DNA of 55,972 nucleotides, filler included, from Dimargaris cristalligena (Eukaryota): assembly GCA_003614675.1 (NCBI GenBank). It is 5 parts of 5 records of this genome, joined end to end, with 100 filler letters (N's around TTAATTAATTAA, not from the genome) between each part and the next. Parts side by side here need not be neighbours in the genome. Positions count along the whole stretch, not along the records: positions 22,469 to 33,594 come from ML003127.1; positions 33,695 to 44,798 come from ML003128.1; 3 more parts are not named here. One strand, written 5' to 3'. Shown here in pieces: positions 26,301-39,312 of this stretch. The position numbers were made by a program, and so were the translations under genes. The notes beneath the pieces were generated by a model. The model saw only the letters and a program-made list of their open reading frames with translations. It did not search any database and was not told the DNA's origin. Every line of letters begins with the position of its first letter. The stretch's first letter is position 1.

Positions 26301-27744
26301 TAGTAAAGCGAGAGAACCTGCAGATGGCGGGGAGGGGAGAACATAGATTAATAAATAGGGACGTGATTAATCCACCCTCTCCTTCGAACGTACATGGATG
26401 GACCCGAATGCGGGAGGGCCTGAAAACCAAACAGCCATCTATTATCGAGGCGAAGGTGCAGGTTGCAGGGGAAGAAGGAAAGGGGGGAGGAATGGATACG
26501 GCCAATCTACGGGGTGGGCAGATGACCAACGAACTTAGATGCCCCGATCTTGAGGGGAATAATGGCGCACCAGCCGCCCCTTTTATGGAGGAATTCTACG
26601 AAGGCCAAGGGAGTGGTATAGAGGTTCCTTGAGATTGAATGTAATTATATATATATATATATTTATATATGTGTGGGGTTATAATGCCGCGGCATTGCAG
26701 CGACGGAAATTATAGTATAGAGAGACATTGTTGGCGGTGTAGCTGGGAGCTCTTTCGTCGTCCTCTCTCTTCATTGAATTACGCAGACCGGCCCCTCAGC
26801 CATTACCAGCCCATAGGCGGAAATTAATTTATCCCCCCATACATAACTTGCCTTTGTGGTGATGGTGCAAAAATCGAGGGCCATCTCTCCCCCTTGTATT
26901 ACCCCCCTCTCAGCAATGGAGCACAGAACAATGGGGCGACCTACCGCATCCTTTCACGGGCCGGCTATACCATATATAATATGCAGCATTTTATTTTAAA
27001 GGGCATGTGGGTAAACACTAAGGGGCCAAGGGAGGTTGGGTGTGGTGGTGGTGACTCGCTCGCACAGAGAGGCCTTTTGCTTGGCAGTGCCTGCCGAGAC
27101 GGCCACACTCCCTGGAATCCCAATCTATATAAGAGTGCAGCACGCTTGCTGGTAGGATTTGATTTATATATTATTTTTGTACGATACGGACAACCCGTTT
27201 CCCCTGGCCATTTCCCGGTGAAGTTGTATTTTATTACTCAGCTGTATAGAGCCCCATTCTGCGCTCTTTAGGCCTGATTGCCCTCCGACTGTACCAGACT
27301 TTTGGCGTGAATTATCGGGTGTGATTTTCCCTCCATACACACACACACACACACACTAGCAGCTCGTTAGGATTTGCTCATTTCTGAAGTCGCCCCTTCT
27401 TCCCTACTAACCCTGTCTCGCTCTCCATCTATCCCCGTCGTTTGCGTGGTTATTGACATTGCCCTTTTTTACTTGAATTTCCGGATAAAAGTCCCCGTCT
27501 CCCCCGCCCACACTGTCTCGACCACCTACTTCTCTCTCTCTCTCTCTCTCTTTAGTTTGTACTTTACTATTATCCACTGCGCTACTTTAGTTCAGTTACT
27601 TTGGGTCTATTCTCGGCTACTCTAGTTTGTCAGTGCCTGCCCCAGTTTCCCTTCCGTTCGCTGAATACTTACTTACTTTCCACCTATTCCCCGTACTTTA
27701 CTGCCCTTTGCCATTCGCCTCTATCCACTCATACGTTCGCCACC

Positions 27745-28458
27745 ATGAAGGTCTTCTCTATTCCCACTGCTCTGCTCGGCCTCGCCCTCGTTAGTGCCGC
27801 CGTAGCCCAAGACACCACCGCCGACATCTTCGACGATTCGGAACCCACCTCCGACCCCAACGACCTCATTGGCACCATCGGGGCCATCTTCAGCAATTCG
27901 ACGGGAGTCCAAGGGGTGGTGACTTTCAGCCAGGAGCGGGGCGCGCCGGGTCAGGTCGACTTCATCAGCATCAACGTGAAAATCAGCAAAGGTCTGACCA
28001 AGGGCAAGTCCTACCCCTGGCACATTCACCAGAACCCCGCCAGCGCCAACGGCCAGTGCGGCTCGGTGGGCAACCACTTTGACCCTTTGATGATTAACCA
28101 GAGCAGCCTGTACAAGTGCCAGAAGAACAACCCCAACGCGTTCCAGGCCACCTGTGAGCTGGGCGACTTGGCCGGTAAGCTGGGCAACCTCAATGTGACC
28201 GCGGACGACGGCTCGTTCTCCGGTACCTTCAGCGACCCGAGCATCCCTATTGATGGGACCAACACCATAGTGAACCGGTCCTTGGTCATCCACGTGCCCA
28301 ACACTAAAAATGTCCTGGCCTGCGCTACTATCCGTAGCTTGGAGCAGGAGGATGTCGCGAAAATCGGCGCCGCTTCGTCCCATATGATGGGCGCCGGCTA
28401 TACTTCGCTTGCCTTGGCCGCCGTCTTCGTTTCCAGCGGTCTTGCTCTGCTGATTTAA
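27745..28458 (+). CDS. Secreted, probably GPI-anchored Cu-only superoxide dismutase-like protein (SOD5 type), 237 aa
   Basis: CACC-ATG start at 27745 and signal peptide MKVFSIPTALLGLALVSAAVA. Cu ligands WHIH, GNHFDP and VIH. CELGDLAGKLG has Glu where a Zn-ligand His normally sits. Short loop before ACATI (no electrostatic loop). Hydrophobic C-terminal tail. Confidence 0.88.
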   Translation: MKVFSIPTALLGLALVSAAVAQDTTADIFDDSEPTSDPNDLIGTIGAIFSNSTGVQGVVTFSQERGAPGQVDFISINVKISKGLTKGKSYPWHIHQNPASANGQCGSVGNHFDPLMINQSSLYKCQKNNPNAFQATCELGDLAGKLGNLNVTADDGSFSGTFSDPSIPIDGTNTIVNRSLVIHVPNTKNVLACATIRSLEQEDVAKIGAASSHMMGAGYTSLALAAVFVSSGLALLI

Positions 28459-29969
28459 TTCCCCGGTTTGGAGAGAGCACGGTGCGATGAAATAGTGGAA
28501 TAGGATGAGTCTGGCTGGTTTAACAAAAACATATGTATATCTCTCAGTCCGGCTTCTTTGGGATCTTTACTGTTGTTGCTTCTATTGCCGTCGTCGTCGT
28601 CACCGCTGCCTTGACAATCCTCCCCCAATGGCTAGAGCAGCCTCCTCCTCTTGCCTGAGAATGTCATAGTCAGTCAACTTATAATTAGTCGATCTTACCA
28701 ATTTGGCATTTCACTCACCTGTTATTCCAGCTAATTCTTAAAGATCATGATGAGTTTCATATTTCGTTGTTTTTTATTATTACATATTTATTTTGCTTAG
28801 CTCGTTTTTATCCCTTTAGTAATGATGTTGATGATATTTGTATTAGTTAGTAGCCCGTTAATTTTAGTGTCTTATTGAGGAGTGCCCGGTCCGGTGGGTG
28901 CAGGGCGGTCTGCCCCTTGAATTGAAAGGGCTTTTTTACATTTGGCACTGCTGATTTTACACTATATCCCCCCCACTGGGTTGTGCTACCCCTCCTGGTG
29001 GCACCCGTAGACCCCTATTTCTCTTTTCCTTTCTCGTCTCCTCTCTTCTTTATTCCCTTTTATTGGGACTCTATTATCTGGGCCCTTGTTCCGTTTGATA
29101 CTGTATTTTTCCCCTCGTTTTGCACCCCACCAGTCAATAAATTGACTCACACCGACATTATTTTCATACCACAGGATTAATAATGGATTGCCAACCTTGG
29201 GTGAGTGAATAATAATAATATTCGGTCCAATTAGGGTTTTCGTTGGAGTGTGGGCGGTCTCATAGGCCGGGATCGCAGCGGCCCACTGTTTATTCTCTCT
29301 ACGGTAAGCCATCATCCCCCGCCCCAAGGATGCACCTGTATGGGCGGGGGCTCCACTATATTCTTTCTTCCGTTCCGACGTATCCATCCACCCATTCAGA
29401 CGAACACCACCACTACCGCATGGCCCCATTGGATCCAACGGATCACTACACATATGATGGCTGGCCAATGGGCCCAAGGGGGCGACGGTAGTGTGAGAGA
29501 GAAGGCCGGCTTATAGAGCCGCTTGGGGGTGGTGGGCGGAATATCTGGCCTCTTAATATAAGATTGGCGCGACTATGCAAGAGCTGATGTGAAGTTGGCC
29601 AATAGTTTGGTAGGCATTGTCAGGCGACATAGAAGAGACAAGACAGTCACATCGCAGCAACCCAGACAAGCCCCGTTACAGTAGATGATCCTTCTTATAC
29701 TAAGTCTCTATTTCTATAGAGTATATAGCTGGTGGATTATGTCGGTTGATTATCGAATGCGACGAATGTATTATTCAATAGAAGGTTAATGTGCTCCGCC
29801 ATACTCGTTCAGGTGGGCCGTTTTGGCTGAAACCGCAACGCATACGGACAATACGGTGGACGGCCTTTACAATTCATGGGACTGCTAAACCCTATAAATG
29901 GTCGGAAACCAACCACGACATGACCTCCTCACATGGACACACCAATAAACGGGATAAACCGAGTATGGT

Positions 29970-29971
<2 letters not shown>

Positions 29972-30003
<32 letters not shown>
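29972..30003. repeat. (GA)16 microsatellite
   Basis: Perfect dinucleotide run about 240 bp upstream of the IVD start codon. Confidence 0.9.
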
Positions 30004-30007
<4 letters not shown>

Positions 30008-30242
30008 AAAGGACTATACAGTCCCATCAGGCCTTGTGACTACGCTTCTCACCCATACCACATATATAGGAGGGTTTCATGCAGTCTTCTCTCTCGCCTA
30101 AGTGACTTCTCTTTTTAACCCCTTGCTCGCTGTATAACCCCTCTCTACCTTTGTCTCTATCCCTATCCGTCTATTGCCCCTCATCTCTTTCTCCGTCTAG
30201 CCACTTTATAACCCAGTCCAGTCGTCTACAACCCCCTCCCCC

Positions 30243-31502
30243 ATGGCCCATCTCCTTCGTCGTCTCACTACCACCGCCGCTGTGGGCCCCGGGCCTGCCC
30301 TAGGTCGGACCAGTCGGGCCTTCCTCTCCACCTACAACGCCGCCATAGCCGGTCTTACCGAAGAACAGGCCGAGTTCCGCGACACCGTCGAAACCTTTGC
30401 CCAAAAGGAACTGGCCGACCGGGCCGCCGCCGTCGACCGTGACAACCAGTTCCCCATGGACATGTGGCGCAAGTTCGGCGACATGGGCCTTTTGGGCATC
30501 ACCGTCCCGGAAAAGTACGGCGGTTTGGGCCTCGGCTACCTCGAACATATCCTTGCTATGGAGGAAATCAGCCGCGCCTCGGGGTCCGTGGCCCTCAGCT
30601 ACGGCGCCCACTCCAACCTGTGCGTCAACCAGATCGTGCGCAACGGTACCGAGGAACAAAAGGCCCGGTATTTGCCCGCGTTGATCAGTGGGGAGCACGT
30701 CGGAGCTTTGGCCATGAGCGAAACCGGGTCCGGGTCCGACGTGGTGTCCATGCGGCTGACGGCCGAACGGAAGGGCGATGCGTATATTTTGAACGGCACC
30801 AAATTCTGGATCACCAACGGGCCGGACGCCGACGTCCTCGTGGTGTACGCCAAAACGGACCCGGCCGCCGGTCCCAAGGGGATCACCGCGTTCATCATTG
30901 AACGCGACTTCCCGGGGTTTACCACCGGTCCGAAATTCGATAAGCTGGGCATGCGAGGATCCAACACCTGCGAACTCATTTTTGATCACTGTGAAGTACC
31001 GGCCGCCAACGTGTTGGGCCAAATCAACGGTGGCGTCTACGTACTCATGAGCGGCCTAGACCTGGAACGACTCGTGCTGTCCGGGGGCCCTTTGGGCCTG
31101 ATGCAAGCGGCCCTCGACTGCGCCGTCCCGTTTGTCCACCAACGCCGCCAATTCGGCCAACCCATCGGGAGTTTCCAGCTCATGCAGGGGAAACTGGCCG
31201 ACATGTACACCAAGTCCAACGCCGCCCGGGCGTACACTTACGCGGTAGCCCGCGCCTGCGACCACGGAAAAATCAGTCGCAAGGACTGCGCGGGGGTTAT
31301 TTTATACAGCGCCGAACGGGCGACCGAAGTGGCTCTGGATGCCATTCAGTGTCTCGGGGGCAACGGCTATGTCAACGAATTCCCCACTGGTCGCATCCTG
31401 CGCGACGCGAAATTGTACGAAATCGGGGCCGGTACTTCCGAAATTCGGCGCATGCTCATCGGGCGGGAGTTTAATAATGAATTCAAGGGGATGGGCCTTT
31501 GA
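30243..31502 (+). CDS. IVD: Isovaleryl-CoA dehydrogenase, mitochondrial, intronless
   Basis: Arg-rich presequence. IVD-specific motifs [58 protein letters not shown] and [23 protein letters not shown]. Confidence 0.95.
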   Translation: MAHLLRRLTTTAAVGPGPALGRTSRAFLSTYNAAIAGLTEEQAEFRDTVETFAQKELADRAAAVDRDNQFPMDMWRKFGDMGLLGITVPEKYGGLGLGYLEHILAMEEISRASGSVALSYGAHSNLCVNQIVRNGTEEQKARYLPALISGEHVGALAMSETGSGSDVVSMRLTAERKGDAYILNGTKFWITNGPDADVLVVYAKTDPAAGPKGITAFIIERDFPGFTTGPKFDKLGMRGSNTCELIFDHCEVPAANVLGQINGGVYVLMSGLDLERLVLSGGPLGLMQAALDCAVPFVHQRRQFGQPIGSFQLMQGKLADMYTKSNAARAYTYAVARACDHGKISRKDCAGVILYSAERATEVALDAIQCLGGNGYVNEFPTGRILRDAKLYEIGAGTSEIRRMLIGREFNNEFKGMGL

Positions 31503-32587
31503 TTGAGCCATAGAAGAGGTCCGATTGGGGTCTTTTAATTATATTCTCCTCTCTCACTACCATCCCGGTTTCCCTCTCCGTTCATTCATAATGAAACTGA
31601 ACGATACATGTGGTATGGGTTATCCATGGCATCGATTTGCATCTCACATACACAACCAGTGCTCGAGGTATCTTTTATTACCAGCCCAATCTCTTCTGGA
31701 ATAGTTATGGATGGGGAGTTGTTTATAAACAAATTAATTATTTTAATTACTCGCATGGGGATGCTCTAAATTTCTGTAGAGCGGTGTGCCTTCAGTAGAT
31801 TGGTTTTACTACCATCACCCGGCACTGAGAATATGGCTGAAGAAGAGCCACCCAGCGGGTTATAACTGGTTGTCAGGAATTGATATTGTCCGTTAGCAAT
31901 GCCTGAATCGATAAGTATATATTTAGTCCAGTTTTATCCAGTCAACGTCTATGTTTTAGTCTTTTACGATCAATAGACCTGGCCGCTATGGCACCTTTGC
32001 CGTTGATAAATTTTTAGTGATTTATTTCACTTTCAATACAATATTTCCAATATAGCACCTATAGTTTCGCCTATAAAAGGCGCGCTGGAATCCTATGAAG
32101 ACGAAAAAGTAGTCGATATTCAGAGAGGTGTCATTTGCTATAATAATACTTCTTTTTGCCAAAATTTAAAGGAAAAATCTGTTACTCTTCGCTCATCTAT
32201 TCCGCATCTATACTATTCCGCCAGCGATGAGTCTCAGCACTCCCGAATCCATTCCTGTTACTCCTTCAGGTATTCCCAGGTCCAGTATAATGAAACCAGA
32301 GCTAACCGACACGGGCTCCTCTATTTACAGTGGCTCAACGGGACTCGCAAAAGCCCAGTCCCACGGCGATCCAATAGGAAAGATACCGGCCTTATTGGGG
32401 GCTTCGCTTCGCCCTTTCCTTCATTCCAATCCCCTACATTCCTATTATTCATTTACTTATTTGTACTAACCCGGCCCTAAACGTTTATGAGCCAGCGTGG
32501 AAACCAAAACGCACTCAGCCGGTTCGCTTCTGCCTTCCCGTCTACTATAATATCGCATACTCCCTGCCCTCTGGGCCAATCTGAACC

Positions 32588-33594
32588 ATGTCCCCGAAAC
32601 CCCAGTCCATTTACGAGCAATTCGAACGATTCGACTTCAATGGCAATACCGAATTCCAGGTCAGTCAATAGCTTTTCGGGTCCGCCTAGTCGAATAGCTG
32701 AATTACCTATCGACAGAATGTGCAACCTATGGGAATGTGGGGTAGGGGTGGGAGCGTGTTTGGAACCCTTCGTATATGCTGGGTTCGAGTAGGGTCGCTT
32801 TCTCTGCTATCGACAGCCGTAACCTTGGTCGGTACTCACACTGCTGGCAAGGAATTGCGTCCGTGTCTCTCTCCTCCGTTCTCACCATCTCTAGTCAGTT
32901 AGGGTGGCATTATTAGTATAGGGTTGTTAAATCCCCCCCCCTTACTGGTCGTGTATTATACGCTCTACTCTGTATGTCTTTTCACACGCGGCCTATCGAC
33001 TGTTGGTTTAGAATGGCCTCCGTCGTTTATTTCCGACTACTGAACCGGGTGCGACCATCTCCGAAGACCAGTTAGTCCAAGCCAAGTGGTTTTACTACAA
33101 TAAGTAAGTAACCTCTCAATATCCACTTGCCCACAAAACACCACTTTCATTGCATATTGATATGGGTGAAGTTTAGCTTTGCTATATAAGGGTTTAGCTG
33201 ATATGTATATGGGAAAATCGGTGGTATTTTTATTTTCAACCAGTAGTATTTGCCTCATCAAATGGATTTTTCGTTATACAGCCTTGTTGAACTACTCCCA
33301 TATTATACGTTGATAGCACTATCTATTTATTGCCGAGCATGGATCGTATGCACTCGGAAAACCCATGCTTAGCAGTAATAATAAAAAAAGGACAGCGATA
33401 AATTTACCAATAATCGACTAACTAAATCCCCCCCCTGGCTTTTTTAAAAATTACTTCTCTCCTTCATAGACTGGTTGAACCCTTCAACCTGGCGGACTAT
33501 TTAAAATGGAAGAAAGGGGGACAGCAACCCCCTGCCACGCCCTGTCTGGGCCGATGGAGACGGTGACCGGCAATGATAGACATCTCCCCTTTCG
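32588..33594 (+). CDS. Spliced DUF5572/PEX39-like (C6orf226/YJR012C family) protein, 3'-truncated; not in the ORF track
   Basis: Exons 32588-32659 (donor GTCAGT), 33012-33103 (donor GTAAGT) and 33470 onward join in frame: MSPKPQSIYEQFERFDFNGNTEFQ|NGLRRLFPTTEPGATISEDQLVQAKWFYYNK|LVEPFNLADYLKWKKG. This fits the fungal pattern YexF.xDF..d.EFQ.GL..L.QAK.FYy...f..Y..W. A probable 1-nt indel lies near 33540. Confidence 0.65.
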
Positions 33595-33694
33595 NNNNNN
33601 NNNNNNNNNNNNNNNNNNNNNNNNNNNNNNNNNNNNNNTTAATTAATTAANNNNNNNNNNNNNNNNNNNNNNNNNNNNNNNNNNNNNNNNNNNN
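33595..33694. other. Artificial contig-join linker
   Basis: N44-TTAATTAATTAA-N44. Confidence 0.97.
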
Positions 33695-36105
33695 TTGAGA
33701 CTTATATTTCCTCATACCAATAACTATTGATTCCAATGTAAGAAGCCTGCGACTTCATTTACATGATACACCACAAGCATACACCGAAGGTCATCCACGA
33801 TGTACAAGTTATGGATTTTTAAATACACTACTAAACCAAACTAACTTCATCGTGATTAGCGACATTGTGTATGAAAATGACATTGATATGTCGAGACAAT
33901 GAGCACCTGATCGGGAGTTCAACTAATCTAGCAGGATATGACCGGGTTTATCGGTGATAAATTTTAATTTCCGACTTGGTTTGAATAACCCAAATACATT
34001 GTACAGTAGGTCTCATAACAGGGATTGGATTCCTTCCCTGATTAGGTGTCTATTGTTTGAAAACAGGCAAGCATGCAGCGGTGGAGTGTCATTTTGTAGT
34101 CATCATGAATATCAAGTTTTGTAAAAGTTACTATTGAAGAATCTTGGTACAATCACTATCCCACAGCCAGGCATCGTAAGTAGTGCCTTCAGTCATTATA
34201 TTAAGCCACTGTGACCGGCCTTTTCCAAGTGACCAACCTGATTCCAGGTACTTCATAATAAGATTTCATGAATCCAGCCGAATAGTTATCCCAGCCAATC
34301 TGTGGACATCGTTATTATCCCTTGTCAAGTTTTGACAATAAATATTCAATTGGCCTATTGTTCACCCGAAGAATATATATAATATCTTTTGATGCAAGCA
34401 TACTTTGGAAGTTCAATTGGCCATCTTATAGAACAGCTACTTATTACGAGCATAAATTTGAATATATAATGGTGAGTGAACATTGTCCCACTAAACATTA
34501 TTTCACTCTTGTATCACAAATTTTCAAATCATTTCCCCGCAATTTCCCCAACATCCCGCTACAAAAATATACCATCATACTTTCTAATGACTGTCCCAAG
34601 ACCCAGACTGTCCAACCTATCTGCCCATGGCAAAAAGAGTTTTCAACATGCTATAATGCAGGCAAAAAACCTATTCACTCACACCCGCAGTAATACTTCC
34701 AGCAATCGCTCCCTTGTCTTGGGGAGGGACTATACCACAGCCAAACCCTCTGCCAAGCTCTCCGCGGCACAGGGGTCGACCCAATGTACCGGCCACCTCA
34801 TAATCGAAACCTGGGTGGTGCCTGCCAATGTGTAGGTTAAATGCATGTATAATTAAATTTTTGTTTTCTTAATAAATTTGTATGTCTAGCTGAATTTATT
34901 AGGAAATAGTGGCCTTTTTATATTGGTGATTTGGATTGGTGAATTAAATATAACATTAAACAATGATTTGTTTTAAATCTGGTGTAAAATAAAGTTTAGT
35001 ACCAAGGCGATAGGTTTGGATTCTTCTATGTTTATGGTAATTCCACGATAGCGGTTTGAATGAGGAGGGGGCAGTGGATGAAATCCTTTGTTCGGCTAGA
35101 TGTAAACTATTGAATAAGCCACTTGAAACCGCTGCATTAATATTTATAATTCTAGATTTAATGACGCATGCCTTCCACTGAAATTATTAGTAGTTTGAAG
35201 CTAAGGTTGGTTATATATTTGGTTTATTATGTGTTTCTCGTTTATACACACTGGAATTCCAATATACCTCGTAAATTTAATTGACACTTACTTTTCACCC
35301 AAAAATCACACCACCAGCTAATATACGATCAAAAATACAATGTGATGTGTACCTCATATGGTGGGCATACTACTAAACCCGAGGCCCTTGTCAACAAATC
35401 CATCAGGCTGCCCAAGGCTAGAAAAACGTATTCGCATTTGGTTCCTGTTAAAGCCGTCAATATAACCGGCATTTATAAGTCTAGTCCTTTTAGTACCCTA
35501 CACTTCGGTATCCCCTTCTTACGCTAAGCCTTTGCCAAACCATTGGTCAACCGTACCCAGGTGGATTTATTATGATATCCTCCCGAAGCTCCGACTCGCC
35601 AGTATGTCCCACTAGTCAGTTGGACCACCCAGCTTACATTGGCTGTAGGCGAATAAGCTCCTTGTTATATAGTATTTTGTAAACAGATTACGACCCAGCA
35701 CATGCCATCATTTTCTATTGGTGGACAATTCATTCAGCAACCCATCCTACCAAAATTGGATTTCCCAAGAGCCGCCAAAATCGGCGTTGATAAATTTAGA
35801 CATGCCTGCTACCAACAAATTCATTTACAGCTAGGTTTGGATAGGGAACAGGTCAGTATAATTACTGTAGGCTGGAAGCAAAAACAATTACTATTATCAT
35901 AAATATGGGAACGGCAAATCCTCCACGGTGTAGCAAGGATACTGTTCTAAACGCTGGGCACTAATGACATACTGCTTATAGGACAACTACAGTCGTAGTA
36001 CAGAGAATTTAGGTAAATGTTCCTCATTTCTAGAGCGGATGAAGCCGCTGAGTGACAAAAAGCCGGGAGAACTAAGGTCGCGGAAGTACCTTGAACTGAA
36101 ACAAG

Positions 36106-37719
36106 TTAAGCAGGATGCCGGCTGCGGTAGTAGATGGAGATCTTTTCCAGCACCATAAAAGTGATGATGGTATGCGGACCCAACCGCGAAAACGATGGCA
36201 GCCAACCTTTAAATAGGGCCCGCATGCCTTCGTGCCGCACGGTTTGCACCAGAGCATCCACGGCATTCTTGTACTTGCCCCCTTTGGAACTATTCATGAT
36301 CCGTGTCTTGATAACATCCACTGGTGAGCACACAGTGGTGGCAAACACACCCGCCAACAGGCTGGCGGCGAAATGGGTCGTGGTGCTCTCTTGGAAATAA
36401 GGGGTGGAGAGGAGGAATTGTTTGAAGGCATCGTAGCTGGCCAGCTGGGAGCAGGTCATAAGAATGGCCCGGTTGGTGTTGGGACCGAGTCCGCGGAAGA
36501 GGGTGCTTACACCTTCTTCACGGGAAATCCGTAATAGGCCGTCCAGGGCGTGTTTGTAGTTGCGTCTTTTATCGAGAGGCAATTGGCCGTCGTTTTGCAT
36601 GCGGACATTGACGATATCCGCTGGGTTACCAAACGCGCCCCCGACCAGACCTATTGGTGCATGTGGGTTGATATCAAAATATATATGGTTGAAAATAAAG
36701 GTGAGTGACGATGGTGGGGGCTTAGTGACTAGCGAATTAATGATCGATTATAATACAACCCATCCGAAACCAGAAGATAATAGGTAATACGGGACATAAC
36801 TTACCAGCAGAAGAGGCGGCAATCAACATTTTGTATAGGGGAACTGGGCCTATACGTTTGGTAACAGGTAAATGACAAGGCGATTTAAGAAATAGTGTGG
36901 GGTAAATATGGGGTAGAAAAGGCTATTTGATATTTACTATCAGAGGTAGTCATTGACCATCGCTGGAAAGAGTTGAACGATAGTCAAATAAGGTCGTCAT
37001 TTTCCGACTATATAGGGAGTATAAGAGCGGTGTAACGGATATACCTTCATGATCCTTCGAAAGTTCGTGCTTGATATAGTCGTAAGTCCCAAAACGCACA
37101 GTGGAATAAGTCTACCGATATCATCCGGGGTGGTTATAGTCGGAGCAGTATATAAATATGGATAAACGCGGGATTACTAGACAGTTAAATGCGAATCGCC
37201 AGTTGGAAAACACCGCCTGCATTAAAAACTGGTATAGAAACACGTCTTCAGAAATTAGTAACGGCCACCGGTTCGGATGAATAACGCGGATGAGGTACAC
37301 ATAGTAACTTACCGCTTGTCGAAGCAGACTAGCACTTAGGCCGTTGAATAAGGCGGGCAGACCCTCGCTGCGGGCCACGTGGAATAGAGTTCGGACCATA
37401 CCGCGTCCCTTGGTCTGGGTGGTTTGCAGGCGAACTTTGACGAGATCAAGGGGGTGGGTACACACCGTCGCAACGCTGGCCGAGAAGCCTGAAGAATGGG
37501 ACAAGTTACCCGGCAATATAAAGTACAATTATGTATGAACAATCCACCCGGCTTGGTTAAAGAGGTCCTCTCAAGAGAAACCAAGCCCTCGGTATAGAGG
37601 CTGGAGAAGTGAAGGCGGGTTGATAAGTCGAGAAATAAGGCTCAAATAACCATATGGCACGATAACTAACCTCCGAACCAAAAGGGAACGGTCGTCTTGG
37701 CTGTACTCGAAGACGACAT
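36106..37719 (-). CDS. DIC1: Mitochondrial dicarboxylate carrier (SLC25A10/Dic1), 5 exons
   Basis: Exons 37719-37671, 37488-37313, 37111-37045, 36849-36805 and 36650-36106 join in frame. Three carrier signatures: PLDLVKVRLQ, PADIVNVRMQ and PVDVIKTRIM. DIC-specific PFWFGG, MQNDGQLPLDKRRNYKHALDGL and RLGPHTIITF. Confidence 0.92.
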
Positions 37720-39312
37720 GGTACTTGGGAGCAGGAGTGGGAGAGGCCGAGTATTGGCGAGGCAATGGGGAAGTAGGCAATGGACCGACACCAGGGAGAC
37801 TATACAGCTGGAAAGTCGATGCGCCGATGGAAGGAGGCAGTCGCTCTATAAAGGGCCTGAACGGGGTTCGGAGTATCGGCAGTTCCGCTTTGAAAACCGT
37901 TGGGGAGATGTATATATATGTATATATAATAAGAACCCGATTGGACCCGATGGCTGACACAAAATGACAAGTTTCCCAGCCTGAGAGAAGAGTCCCTGGC
38001 TATATGAAGGGGACGGTTGGTTGTTTACAAGGCAATATGTAAGTGCGTAAACCGAAATAACCGCGAGCAGAAACACTACTGAAAAGGCACAGTAGTCCGC
38101 TTCCCTATTAAAACCCAATCAAAAAAGGCTAGAGCGATAAAAAAGAAACCCAATGGAGAAAAAAAGCAATCATGGGAGCCACCAGGGGGTATAGAATACT
38201 AGTAATTGAGTCACCACCGCCGGAAATATCCGAGAAATCTCGTTTAGGGAAATGAAGAAGATAAATAGCGGATACGTGGCCAAAATGGGGTCAGAAAGAA
38301 CGCTGGGTAAGGGAAGCAAAGGCTGCTATAATATATCATTGGGAAATCCGTACAGAAGACCTCGTATACTACCCGCCGCCCCTGGATAGATAAAGTATTC
38401 ATATATCGTCCGTTAGCTTTGTTACAAATATGGCCCGGTTTCGTAAAAAGGATGGGCAATATATATCCACCCACCAGTATCCTCATGACCCAGAAGGAAT
38501 TGATAGGGTCCGCAATGGACCAGCGGCACCTCTACGCAAATGAAAAACTATTATTCTGTGACCGTCTTCGTGAGGCATGTCCAATCACCGGAATATCAGC
38601 TGCGAATCCAAGGGGTGCTGCCGCCGCCGCCGAAGGGGAATTAACAAGCAGGGTGTCATTGCAGGAAATAAACCAGAATAGAGCCACCATTGTATGTCTA
38701 GCCCAAGGGTATTCTGATTAGAAAACGGATTGTTGGAACCCCTGCCACGAAAGGCAGTTTCGCCGTGACGGTCACGGACCACGAGAACTAACCCCTCCAC
38801 CCGAAACAACCCACACGGGCGGATGTCGGACCTTTATGCGATATCCCCACACCAACAAAGACATTAAAGCAAGGGGACTTACCACATAATCTAACAATCG
38901 TCAACATTTACAATTGGCTAACAATGCTCACCAAATGAACCAGTATACAACGTAAATGAAACTAAACGCAACCCAGCGATAATCAATACTAACCCCCACA
39001 ACCAAGATCTATCAGATGTTCTTTCCAGACATTTTATTTCCACAATCACTACAGCAACTCTGCTGAACACCTCGATAACCGGCAAATCTAGCCCTGGAAT
39101 TTCTCGTGAATCGAAGTTACATTGGACATCCGGAAAGAATACAATAAAGAAAATGACCAGGATTAGGGTATTGAAAGTCCGTACACGTCAATGAAAGCAG
39201 ACAATTTATAGAATGGATTGCACACGACGGAAAGGAGAGGGGGGAGAATAGAGTAGGTGTGGGAGAGAGAGAGAGGAAGTGCAGTGGTTAAGAAAAGCAA
39301 GGGGTAAATAGC

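Noticed and set aside
32227-32469. 80-aa Ser/Pro-rich ORF upstream of the PEX39-like gene
   Set aside because: No recognisable homology, and no convincing splice path to the downstream exons.
33695-34900. Possible decayed gene or transposon at the start of contig 4
   Set aside because: All frames are fragmented, and I could not recognise RT, integrase, transposase or other motifs.
38742-38777. Adjacent hairpin CTGCC-ACGAAA-GGCAG and near-palindrome CCGTGAC-G-GTCACGG as a ribozyme or ncRNA
   Set aside because: No hammerhead core (CTGANGA), SRP or RNase P/MRP consensus; the stems are short enough to arise by chance.
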